From Parvibaculum sp. (GTDB lineage Bacteria; Pseudomonadota; Alphaproteobacteria; Parvibaculales; Parvibaculaceae): a DNA stretch of 54,752 nt. Made by a program: the position numbers and the translations under genes. Positions 37,950 to 47,009 of the stretch are shown in pieces; the first letter of the stretch is position 1; each line of letters begins with the position of its first letter. The notes beneath the pieces are model-generated. The model was given only the letters and a program-made list of their open reading frames with translations. It was not told the DNA's origin and searched no databases. Location of the stretch: assembly GCA_049303435.1 (NCBI GenBank), contig JBAQNC010000078.1:1-54752 (forward strand), written 5' to 3'.

Positions 37950-40886
37950 ATGGATGATCTTCTGAAAGAATTTCTGGCAGAGACCTGTGAGGCTCTTGAT
38001 GTTCTGGACACAGAGATCGTGGAACTCGAACAACGTCCCGATGACCCGGCTCTGCTCGGCAGTATTTTTCGCGTCATGCACACGATCAAGGGGACTTGCG
38101 GCTTTCTGGGTCTGCCACGTCTGGAATCCGTGGCGCATGCCGCCGAAGACGTGCTGGGCAAGGTGCGCGACGGCGAACTGACGCTCTCGGGCGACGCGGT
38201 ATCGCTGGTGTTGCGCGCGTTGGACCAGATCAAGGTGATGGTGGGCGAGCTTGACGCGACGGGGGCGGAGCCTGAAGGCAGCGACACGGCGCTTATCGAA
38301 GAACTGCATGTGCTGGCGAGCGGCAAGATGGCAGCGACGGAAACGCCAGCCGCCGAGATCAAGAAAGAGGCGCGACCGGGATCGCTTTTCGATCGCGTCG
38401 GCGGGGCCTCTGGCCTTGATACGGCGAGCGAACTCGCCTGCGCCGAATTTCTTGCTCAGGCGAAGAACGCCGAATGGTTCGAAGCCGACATGCTGCGCGT
38501 GCAGCTCGGGCTTTCGACCGAACTCGGACCTGCGGCGCAAAAGGGCGATGTTACCAGCCTTCACGAGTTGATCGACGGGCTGATCGAAAGCGGCTGGAGC
38601 CTTGAGGACTTTGAAACTCTCAAATCCGCCTTCGGCAAGGCCCTGGCAAGTCTCGCGGTCGAGGCGGAAGACATTGGCGAACTGATGTGCTTCCTGCAGC
38701 CCTCGATGTCCAGGGCGGCGCCTGCGGCCCCGGTCGAAGACGCGGCGCCCGCGAAAGCCAAGGACGAGACCGCGGCGCCTGCCGCCCAGGCAGCCTCCAA
38801 CCAGACGCAGACGCTTCGCGTCAATATCAGCGTGCTGGAAGATCTGATGACGATGGTCAGCGAGCTTGTGCTGACGCGCAACCAGCTCCTGCAAATCCTG
38901 CGCGGCTATGGCGACAGTCCCTTTGCCGCGCCCTTGCAGCGCCTCAATCAGGTGACCGGCGACTTGCAGGAAAGCGTGATGATGACGCGCATGCAGCCGA
39001 TCGGCAATGCCTGGGGCAAGCTGCCCCGTCTGGTGCGCGATCTGTCGCATGAATTGCACAAGAAGATCGATCTGGTGATGATCGGCGCGGACACCGAACT
39101 TGATCGGCAAATCCTTGAGTCGATCCGCGACCCGCTGACCCATATGGTGCGCAACTCCGCCGACCACGGCATCGAGACGGTCGCCGAACGTCTTGCGGCG
39201 GGCAAGCCCGAAATGGGCAAGATCGAACTCTCCGCGCGCCACGAAGGCGGTCACATCGTCGTCCAGATTTCCGACGACGGTCGTGGCCTGCCCACCGCGC
39301 GTATCCGCGAAAAGGCGATCGCCAGCGGCGTCGCAACCGAGGCCCAGCTCGACGGAATGAGCGAACAGCAGATCCAGCAGTTCATCTTTCGCGCCGGTCT
39401 TTCGACCGCCAGCGCCGTCACCAATGTCTCGGGCCGAGGCGTGGGCATGGACGTCGTGCGGAGCAATATCGAGAAGATCGGAGGCGTTATCGAATTCCAC
39501 TCCGAAGCCGGCGTCGGCTCGCGCTTCCTCATCAAGATCCCGCTGACACTCGCCATCGTCTCGGCGCTGGTCGTCGAATGTGCGGGCGAGCGCTTCGCCA
39601 TGCCGCAGAGCAGCGTCGTCGAACTCGTGCGCATCAGCCGCACCTCGTCGCAGCGTGTGGAAGAAATCGACGGCCAGCCCGTCTATCGTCTGCGCGACAA
39701 GCTGCTTCCGCTGGTCTCACTGCGGGAAATCCTCGATCTGCCGGAACCCGAAAGCGGAAAACTCCTGGCTGAAAACGGCACCAAGGCGGGCGACGGCACC
39801 TATTTCGTGGTCTCGCAGGTCGGCAATTTCGTCTTCGGCATCATCGTCGACCGCATCTTCGATACGGAAGAAATCGTCGTGAAGCCCGTGTCGCGCACCA
39901 TGCGTCATATCCAGTGCTTCTCGGGCAATACGATCCTGGGCGACGGTCAGGTCATCATGATCCTCGATCCCAACGGGCTCGCAGGCTCGATCGCCGGTTC
40001 GCCGCTTGTCGAAGCCGCCGCACCGACCGTGTCCAGGGAACAATTGCACAAGGCGCGCGACATGGTCTCGATGCTGGTCTTTGAAGTCGGCAATGAAGGA
40101 CCCAAAGCCGTACCGCTGTCACTGGTGGCGCGCCTCGAGGAGGCCGACCTTTCCAAGGCGGAAGCGGCGGGCGAACGTACCGTGCTGCAATATCGCGGCG
40201 GGCTGATGCCTCTCATCAACTTTGAGGGCAATCCGGCGCCGCGAGCGGGCAAGAAGCAGATCCTCGTCTTCGTCGACGGCAAGCGCATGCTGGGTCTGGT
40301 CGTCGACAAGGTTCTCGACATTGTCGAGGCGACGCTCAACCTGCAACTGGCGGCCGGAAACCGACCGGGGCTTCTGGGCAGCGCGGTGATCGCGGGCCAC
40401 TCGACCGACGTCATCGACACGGTTCACTATCTGCGCCAGTGCGACTCCGAATGGTTCGAGGTCGAAACCGAAAAGCCCTATGGCGAGGAAAGCGACTGCA
40501 ACATCCTGCTCGTCGAGGACAGCGCCTTCTTCCGCAATTTGCTGAAGCCCATGCTGAAGCTGGCGGGCTATCACGTCACGGTCGCCGAGCATGGCGAGGC
40601 GGCGCTCGAAATCTGCCGCGAAAGCCCACGCTTCGACATCATCGTATCCGATATCGAAATGCCCGGCCTGAGCGGTTTCGAGCTGGCGCATGAGCTGCGC
40701 GGCAGCGATGCCTATAAGAACGTTCCGCTCATCGCGCTTTCGTCGCATGCCAGCCCGAAGGACATGGAGCGGGCGCGCGATCACGGCTTTGACGAATATG
40801 TCACCAAGCTCGATCCCAAGGCTCTGCTTGGCATGCTCTCCAAAGTCCTCTCATCACCAGATACCCGTTCCGAGGAGGCGGCATGA
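37950..40886 (+). CDS. cheA: Hybrid chemotaxis kinase CheA (Hpt, insert, dimerization, HATPase, two CheW domains, REC)
   Basis: FRVMHTIKG, HMVRNSADHGIE, SGRGVGMDVV, IPLTLAI; C-terminal LLVEDS...SDIEMP receiver. Confidence 0.96.
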   Translation: MDDLLKEFLAETCEALDVLDTEIVELEQRPDDPALLGSIFRVMHTIKGTCGFLGLPRLESVAHAAEDVLGKVRDGELTLSGDAVSLVLRALDQIKVMVGELDATGAEPEGSDTALIEELHVLASGKMAATETPAAEIKKEARPGSLFDRVGGASGLDTASELACAEFLAQAKNAEWFEADMLRVQLGLSTELGPAAQKGDVTSLHELIDGLIESGWSLEDFETLKSAFGKALASLAVEAEDIGELMCFLQPSMSRAAPAAPVEDAAPAKAKDETAAPAAQAASNQTQTLRVNISVLEDLMTMVSELVLTRNQLLQILRGYGDSPFAAPLQRLNQVTGDLQESVMMTRMQPIGNAWGKLPRLVRDLSHELHKKIDLVMIGADTELDRQILESIRDPLTHMVRNSADHGIETVAERLAAGKPEMGKIELSARHEGGHIVVQISDDGRGLPTARIREKAIASGVATEAQLDGMSEQQIQQFIFRAGLSTASAVTNVSGRGVGMDVVRSNIEKIGGVIEFHSEAGVGSRFLIKIPLTLAIVSALVVECAGERFAMPQSSVVELVRISRTSSQRVEEIDGQPVYRLRDKLLPLVSLREILDLPEPESGKLLAENGTKAGDGTYFVVSQVGNFVFGIIVDRIFDTEEIVVKPVSRTMRHIQCFSGNTILGDGQVIMILDPNGLAGSIAGSPLVEAAAPTVSREQLHKARDMVSMLVFEVGNEGPKAVPLSLVARLEEADLSKAEAAGERTVLQYRGGLMPLINFEGNPAPRAGKKQILVFVDGKRMLGLVVDKVLDIVEATLNLQLAAGNRPGLLGSAVIAGHSTDVIDTVHYLRQCDSEWFEVETEKPYGEESDCNILLVEDSAFFRNLLKPMLKLAGYHVTVAEHGEAALEICRESPRFDIIVSDIEMPGLSGFELAHELRGSDAYKNVPLIALSSHASPKDMERARDHGFDEYVTKLDPKALLGMLSKVLSSPDTRSEEAA

Positions 40887-41377
40887 CCATGCAAACCACA
40901 GCCACAACACCGACGAATGGCGCAGCTGCCGGGGCGCTCATGACCACGCAGGACTATGTCACGATGAGCGTGGCGGGCCAGGCCTTCGGCATTCCGGTTC
41001 TGCTCGTCAGAGATGTTCTGGGACCGCAAAGGATCACCCGCGTTCCGCTGGCCCCGCCGGAAGTCGCCGGTTCGCTCAACCTGCGCGGACGCATCGTCAC
41101 CGCGATCGACATGCGAAAGCGCCTCGGCCTGCCTGCGGAAGATTTTGTCGCCCGCGCCATGGCCGTGGTGGTCGAGCATGAAGACGAACCCTTCAGCCTG
41201 CTGGTTGACGAGGTGGGCGAAGTGCTGAGCGTCTCGGCGAACGACCGCGAGGTCGTGCCCGCGACATTGTCGGCAAGCTGGCGTGCGCTGGCGGAAGGCG
41301 TCTACCGCCTCGACAATCGCCTGCTCATCGCCCTCAACATTGCCAATGTGCTGGACCCCGTTCGGGCCGCCATTTAA
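40883..41377 (+). CDS. cheW: Chemotaxis coupling protein CheW
   Basis: ITRVPLAP.EVAGSLNLRGRIVTAID, LLVDEVGEV. Confidence 0.95.
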   Translation: MTMQTTATTPTNGAAAGALMTTQDYVTMSVAGQAFGIPVLLVRDVLGPQRITRVPLAPPEVAGSLNLRGRIVTAIDMRKRLGLPAEDFVARAMAVVVEHEDEPFSLLVDEVGEVLSVSANDREVVPATLSASWRALAEGVYRLDNRLLIALNIANVLDPVRAAI

Positions 41378-41439
41378 CGAACCCTTTTCGGGTCGGGGTC
41401 TGGCCAGCCCCAATAACACTATCAAGGAAGGAGCCACCC

Positions 41440-41826
41440 ATGGCGATTGATATGAACAAGCCGATCCTGATTGTCGATGACTATCGCACCATGCTGCGCA
41501 TCATCGGCGGCTTGCTGAGCAAGCTTGGCTTCACCCATATTGACGAGGCGACCGACGGTACGGACGCTTTTGCCAAGCTGAAGGCGAAACACTACAGCTT
41601 CGTCATTTCCGACTGGAACATGGAACCCATGAGCGGCTTTGAGCTGCTGAAGAAGGTGCGCGCCGACGACGGCCTCAAAAACCTCCCCTTCATCATGATC
41701 ACGGCCGAAGCCAAGTCCGAAAACGTCGTCGCCGCCCGCAAGGCCGGCGTCAACAACTACATCATCAAGCCCTTCAGCGGTGAAGTCCTCAAAGCAAAAC
41801 TCAAGACGGTCATCGGGGATTTCTGA
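41440..41826 (+). CDS. cheY: Chemotaxis response regulator CheY
   Basis: ILIVDD, ISDWNM, MITAE, AGVNNYIIKPF. Confidence 0.92.
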   Translation: MAIDMNKPILIVDDYRTMLRIIGGLLSKLGFTHIDEATDGTDAFAKLKAKHYSFVISDWNMEPMSGFELLKKVRADDGLKNLPFIMITAEAKSENVVAARKAGVNNYIIKPFSGEVLKAKLKTVIGDF

Positions 41827-42353
41827 TGAACAACAGAAGCGGCATGCACATCCTGAGTCGCCTTGCGGAAAAATACTTCACGTATCCCCTTGTCCCACCT
41901 GAACAGTATCAGGAGAGTTTCTTGTCCCACGAACACACGCTCGAGCCCGTCTTGCTGGATGAGGCCATGGAAGAGATCGTCGCGGCCAAACGCGAAATGG
42001 AAGTTGCCGTCGACAAGATATTGACTGTGGCGGAACGGCTGATGGCGCGCGACAGCGCACCCGGCAACACAGATGTTGAATCCCTGGAAGCCGATTGCTT
42101 TGCAATTTTTGAGGCTTGTGCGTTTCAGGACATCACCGGCCAGCGGCTTTCCAAGGCGCTCACAAAGGTCGAACAGGCAAACGCCATTCGCGAGGCGCGG
42201 TCACGTCACCAGACGCTGTGGGCAAAGCCCAAACCGGATGTCGGCGCGCCGACATCCGACGAAGATGGATTGCTCAATGGCCCGGCGCTGCCAGGCGCCG
42301 GGCTCGACCAGGATGCTGTGAACCTGCTGCTGAAAAGCGGGGAAGGTAAATAG
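41826..42353 (+). CDS. cheZ: Alphaproteobacterial CheZ-like phosphatase
   Basis: IFEACAFQDITGQR (DxxxQ) and C-terminal LLNGP...DQDAVNLL; TGATG-coupled to cheY. Confidence 0.75.
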   Translation: MNNRSGMHILSRLAEKYFTYPLVPPEQYQESFLSHEHTLEPVLLDEAMEEIVAAKREMEVAVDKILTVAERLMARDSAPGNTDVESLEADCFAIFEACAFQDITGQRLSKALTKVEQANAIREARSRHQTLWAKPKPDVGAPTSDEDGLLNGPALPGAGLDQDAVNLLLKSGEGK

Positions 42354-42403
42354 ACTTTCGCGGGAAACCTCCCGACTTCAACTCAAGATCACGGCACAGG
42401 GAA

Positions 42404-43519
42404 ATGACAGTCAGCATTGCTGAACGAAAGAAAACGGAAACCAGGGCAGTATGTAATGTGCTGATCGTTGATGATAGCGCCGTGGCAAGGGGAATCATTA
42501 CCCATGCACTCGACAAGGTACAGGAAATCAACGTGGTGGCGTCCGCTCCCAACGGGGTGATGGCGCTGAAGGCGATGCTGAAACATCAGATCGATGTCGT
42601 GGTCCTCGACATCGAGATGCCGGAAATGGACGGCATGGAGACGCTGCCGCGCCTTCTCGCCATCGATCCCGACATCAAGGTGATCATGGCTTCCTCCATC
42701 AGCCGACGGAACGCCGACATCAGCCTCAAGGCCCTGTCGCTCGGCGCCTGCGACTATGTGCCCAAACCCAGCACCGGGCTTGGCAATGCCGAAGAGTTCC
42801 GTCGCGAGCTTGTCGAAAAGGTGCTGGCGCATGGCAGGTTCAAGAAGCAACTCCATCATCCGGCGGAGACCCGACAAAGCGCAACTCCCAAGACATTCAC
42901 AACCCTGCCAAAGGCGAAGCTGAAAAATAATGAAGTCCCTGAAGTCATCGCCATCGGCAGTTCCACGGGCGGACCGCAGGCACTGGCGCAGGTGCTCAAG
43001 AATCTCGATCCGGCGATTACCCAGCCGATCGTCATCACGCAACACATGCCTTCGACCTTTACAGCGCTGCTTGCCGAGCACATGTCGAAATACTCCGGCC
43101 GCCCCGCCGGAGAAGGTCGCGACGGCGAACGGCTTGAACCCGGTCACATCTATATCGCGCCTGGCGGCAAGCACATGTTGCTGGAAGCCGGCGCAAATGG
43201 CGGGACCTTCATTCGACTGAATGACGGGCCGCCGGAAAATTTCTGCAAACCCGCCGTCGATCCCATGCTGAGAAGCCTCGTGCGTCTCTACAATCGCCGA
43301 TTGCTCGTCATCATTCTGACGGGCATGGGCGTTGACGGGCTCAAGGGGTGCGAAGAAGTGGCGCTCGCCGGGGGCACCGTTCTCGCGCAGGATCAGGCGA
43401 CCAGCGTCGTCTGGGGCATGCCGGGCGCCGTCGCTCATGCCGGCATATGCCGCGAAATATTGCCGCTCTCGGGGATAGCAAAAGCAATAACGCAGATTGC
43501 CAAGGGAGAAGGAAAATGA
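42404..43519 (+). CDS. cheB: Chemotaxis methylesterase CheB
   Basis: Receiver domain plus GSSTGGP, QHMP, PAVD, LTGMG.DG, SVVWGMP. Confidence 0.96.
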   Translation: MTVSIAERKKTETRAVCNVLIVDDSAVARGIITHALDKVQEINVVASAPNGVMALKAMLKHQIDVVVLDIEMPEMDGMETLPRLLAIDPDIKVIMASSISRRNADISLKALSLGACDYVPKPSTGLGNAEEFRRELVEKVLAHGRFKKQLHHPAETRQSATPKTFTTLPKAKLKNNEVPEVIAIGSSTGGPQALAQVLKNLDPAITQPIVITQHMPSTFTALLAEHMSKYSGRPAGEGRDGERLEPGHIYIAPGGKHMLLEAGANGGTFIRLNDGPPENFCKPAVDPMLRSLVRLYNRRLLVIILTGMGVDGLKGCEEVALAGGTVLAQDQATSVVWGMPGAVAHAGICREILPLSGIAKAITQIAKGEGK

Positions 43520-44358
43520 ACGGAATCGAATTCGACTATCTTCGCCATCTGCTCTACGAGCGGTCCGGGCTGGTCGTGACGAAGGACAAGGTCTACCTGC
43601 TCGAAGGTCGGCTTATGCCCATCGCGCGCAAACGGGGTCTCGACAGCGTCGATGCCCTGGTAAACATGATCAGCCGCACGCGCGATGAAGCCCTTATCGG
43701 CGAAATCGTCGATGCCATGACGACGAATGAAACCTTGTTCTTCCGCGACAGCTGGCCCTATGAACGCCTGCGACGCACGATCCTGCCAGACGTGCTTTCC
43801 ATGGCCGGTTCGCAGAAGCGCATTCGCATCTGGAGCGCGGCCTGTTCAAGCGGGCAGGAACCCTATTCGATCGCCATGACGATTGCCGAAATGAAACCGC
43901 TGCTCGGTGGCGCGCAAATCGAAATCTGCGCGACCGATATTTCGCCATCGATCCTCAACCGCGCGCGTGAAGGACGCTACTCCGATTTCGAACTTTCGCG
44001 CGGTCTGCCAGAACCGATGCGCAATCGGTATTTTACGGTCGACAACGACGGCTGGCGCGCCAAGGATACGCTGCGCGAAATGGTGACCTTCAAGAACTTC
44101 AACCTGCTTGGGGATCCGATCGCAGCAGGTCTTGGCACCTTCGATATCGTCTTCTGCCGCAACGTCCTCATCTATTTTGACGAGGCGACCCGCGGGCGCG
44201 TGTTGAAAGGCATTGCACGCGTGATGGCGCCCTGGGGCTATCTCTGCCTTGGCGGCGCAGAGACCGTTGTCGGCATTTCCGACGCCTTCAAGGTGCTGCC
44301 GGGAGAACGCGGTCTTTTTGCCCTTTCAAAGAAGGACAAGCTGTCGGACGTGGCGTGA
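43516..44358 (+). CDS. cheR: Chemotaxis methyltransferase CheR
   Basis: TTNETLFFRD, IWSAACSSGQEPYS, FCRNVLIYFD; ATGA overlap with cheB. Confidence 0.96.
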   Translation: MNGIEFDYLRHLLYERSGLVVTKDKVYLLEGRLMPIARKRGLDSVDALVNMISRTRDEALIGEIVDAMTTNETLFFRDSWPYERLRRTILPDVLSMAGSQKRIRIWSAACSSGQEPYSIAMTIAEMKPLLGGAQIEICATDISPSILNRAREGRYSDFELSRGLPEPMRNRYFTVDNDGWRAKDTLREMVTFKNFNLLGDPIAAGLGTFDIVFCRNVLIYFDEATRGRVLKGIARVMAPWGYLCLGGAETVVGISDAFKVLPGERGLFALSKKDKLSDVA

Positions 44359-44496
44359 GACGCGCGTCATGCGGCGCGAGGCCGCGACCGTTCCGGTTTA
44401 CCGGTGATATATTGCTTTGATTTTCGTCGTCCGGGTTGTGAGTATGTCCGTCCTGACGATGTGAAGCAACGCAAACCGGAACTGGAACAATCTCTG

Positions 44497-45825
44497 ATGG
44501 CCACTTCGAAGCCTGCCAAAGACAGCGACAAGGTCGAGGAGACGCATTCGGTGACGCAAATCCAGTTTGCGCGGGCCTATCCCCATATCGAAGGCTTGCC
44601 ACGCGGTCTTATCGAGTTCTTTCAGGTTCCCAAACGATCGATCACCGTCTGCTTTCCCATCGAAATGGAAGACGGGTCGGTTCAGACATTTCGCGGCTTT
44701 CGCGTGCTGCACAATCAGGCGCTGGGGCCCGGCAAGGGCGGCATCCGCTATCATCCGCAGGTGAGCGAAGAAGAAGTCACATCGCTGGCGACGCTGATGA
44801 CATGGAAATGCGCGCTGGTCGGCGTGCCTTTCGGCGGCGCCAAGGGCGGGGTCGTGTGTAACCCAAAGGACCTCACGCAAGCCGAGCTGCGCCGCATCAC
44901 CCGACGCTTCGTTCACGAGTTGAACGGCATGATCGGGCCCAATACCGATATCCCGGCGCCCGATCTCTATACCAACGAACAGACCATGGCCTGGATCTAC
45001 GACACCTATAGCGCCATGCATCCAGGCCAGAACAACCGGCCCGTGGTGACAGGCAAACCAATCGATCTCGGCGGCACGGCGGGACGGCCCGAAGCGACAG
45101 GACTTGGCTGTCTCTTCGCGACGCGGCGGCTACTGGAAATCTCGCCGCTACCGGAACTCGCCAGTGTCGAGGGCGCGCGGATCGCGATTCAAGGTTATGG
45201 CAATGTGGGCGCGGTGGCGGCGCGCAAGTTCAAGGAAGCCGGTAGCATCATTGTCGCTGTCAGCGACTCGCAGGGCGGCATTTTCGAGGAAGGCGGTCTT
45301 GATCTGGATGAGGTTGACGCCTATCGGCGCGAGCATGGCACGGTCGTCGGCATGCCGGAAACACGCAGCATCACCAATGCCGATCTCTTGACAGTCGATT
45401 GCGACATTCTCATCCCTGCGGCCCTTGGCGGGCAGATCACCAAAGACAATGCCGATGAGATCAAGGCCAAGCTGATTGTCGAAGCGGCCAACGAGCCGAC
45501 GACGCCCGATGCCGATCTGATCCTTCTACAAAAGGGTATTGTTATTCTGCCCGACATTCTCGCCAATGCGGGCGGTGTGACGGTGAGCTATTTCGAATGG
45601 GTGCAGAACACCGAGAACGAGCAATGGGATCTCGACGACGTAAACCGCAAGATGCAGCGCAAGATGAATCATGCGGTCGAATTTGTCGTCGATCGCTGGA
45701 ACAAGCTCAAAACCAGTCTCGCGGCGCAAGGGTCCGCCACGACGATCGATCTGAGAACGGCGGCCCTCATTGTGGCGATCGAGCGCGTGGCGCGCGCCAC
45801 ATTGCAGCGCGGCATCTGGCCGTAA
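44497..45825 (+). CDS. gdhA: Glu/Leu/Phe/Val dehydrogenase, likely glutamate dehydrogenase
   Basis: GPGKGGIRYHP, MTWKC, FGGAKGG, DIPAPD, QGYGNVG, NAGGVTVSYFEW; start uncertain. Confidence 0.85.
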   Translation: MATSKPAKDSDKVEETHSVTQIQFARAYPHIEGLPRGLIEFFQVPKRSITVCFPIEMEDGSVQTFRGFRVLHNQALGPGKGGIRYHPQVSEEEVTSLATLMTWKCALVGVPFGGAKGGVVCNPKDLTQAELRRITRRFVHELNGMIGPNTDIPAPDLYTNEQTMAWIYDTYSAMHPGQNNRPVVTGKPIDLGGTAGRPEATGLGCLFATRRLLEISPLPELASVEGARIAIQGYGNVGAVAARKFKEAGSIIVAVSDSQGGIFEEGGLDLDEVDAYRREHGTVVGMPETRSITNADLLTVDCDILIPAALGGQITKDNADEIKAKLIVEAANEPTTPDADLILLQKGIVILPDILANAGGVTVSYFEWVQNTENEQWDLDDVNRKMQRKMNHAVEFVVDRWNKLKTSLAAQGSATTIDLRTAALIVAIERVARATLQRGIWP

Positions 45826-45860
45826 TTCCACCGTCGAAACATTCAAGGAGGCATTTTCAA

Positions 45861-46310
45861 ATGCGCCGTTCCATATTCGCGACAGGCCTTGTCATTTGCT
45901 TCGGCTTTCTGGCGAGCGCCGCTTTCTCCGCCGCCTCGGCGGCAACGCACAAGCTCGCCTTGCAGATTACTGACGCCAATCCGATGAGCATGAATATGGT
46001 GCTCAACGTGGCGGGCAATGTGACACGCCACTATGAAGAAAAGGGCGAGACGGTCGAGATCAAGGTTGTAGCCTTCGGTCCCGGCGTGATGATGCTGCGC
46101 ACCGACAAATCCGCGGTAAAGGAACGTCTTGCCGACTTCATGGCGACCCACAAGAATGTGGAATTCGACGCCTGCAACAATACGCTCCAGGCGATGGCGA
46201 AGAACGAAGGCAAGATGCCGACTCTGCTGCCCGGCGTCATGGTGGTGCCGTCAGGAGCGGTCGCGCTCCTGGAACTCGGCGAACAGGGCTGGACGATCCT
46301 CAAGCCCTGA
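45861..46310 (+). CDS. Secreted DsrE/YchN-family protein
   Basis: Signal peptide; VVAFGPG, ACNNT, VVPSG...L..QGW..LKP; AAGGAGG SD. Confidence 0.78.
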   Translation: MRRSIFATGLVICFGFLASAAFSAASAATHKLALQITDANPMSMNMVLNVAGNVTRHYEEKGETVEIKVVAFGPGVMMLRTDKSAVKERLADFMATHKNVEFDACNNTLQAMAKNEGKMPTLLPGVMVVPSGAVALLELGEQGWTILKP

Positions 46311-46499
46311 AAGAAGGGGTGATTTCTGACCAAATGACGCGAGTATCGGACGCTTGTCACCCGGTTTCTGCGCCAATACATCCCCGACGACCAGCATGAT
46401 GGGGGAGACAGGCGCTATCTGCCGGACTACACTCTGGCCACCGGAACAAGAAAATTCGAGGAGCGCTCGCAAGAGGCCGCTTTCAAGTGGAGCAGGGAA

Positions 46500-46949
46500 A
46501 TGCTGGAAAAGATTGTCGATAAACTGAAGAAGCTTTCGCAGGGCGCCAACCAGCCTGTGACGGAAGAAGCCAAGCGTCTGGCGGCGGCCGCCCTTCTGAT
46601 CGAAGCGGCGCGGCGCGACAGCGATTTTGCCGATAGCGAGCGCGCAACCATTGTGCGTGTCGTTGGCGAGAATTTTCATCTCAACGACGAAGACGCCCAA
46701 AATCTGGTGACGATGGCTGAAGAGCGCCAGAAGCTGCCCTATGGCGAAAGCATTTTCACGCGCACGGTCGCGAGCAGCTTCAGCGAAGCCGAGCGCAAGG
46801 AAGTCTTGCAGATGATCTGGAAAGTCGCGCTGGCCGACGGGCATCTGGGCCGGCTGGAAGACATCATGGTCCATCGCGTGGCCGTGGAAATCGGCCTGAC
46901 GGCAGCGGATGCGGATGCGGCGCGCAAGATCGTCGAGGCGTCAAAATAA
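46500..46949 (+). CDS. TerB-family protein
   Basis: LAAAALLIEAA..D, IWKVALADG motifs. Confidence 0.8.
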   Translation: MLEKIVDKLKKLSQGANQPVTEEAKRLAAAALLIEAARRDSDFADSERATIVRVVGENFHLNDEDAQNLVTMAEERQKLPYGESIFTRTVASSFSEAERKEVLQMIWKVALADGHLGRLEDIMVHRVAVEIGLTAADADAARKIVEASK

Positions 46950-46971
46950 ACTTAAGACATGCCGACAAATG

Positions 46972-47005
46972 AAAGACCGCGCCTGAAGAGGACGCGGTCT
47001 TTTTT
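46972..47005. terminator. Probable bidirectional intrinsic terminator
   Basis: AAAGACCGCG...CGCGGTCTTTTTT hairpin between convergent genes. Confidence 0.75.
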
Positions 47006-47009
47006 GCGC

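Noticed and set aside
37923..39500. 525-aa minus-strand ORF
   Set aside because: Antisense shadow of cheA.
46311..46499. Intergenic region with short hairpins, possible riboswitch or sRNA
   Set aside because: No recognisable conserved RNA motif; an Infernal/Rfam search would be needed.
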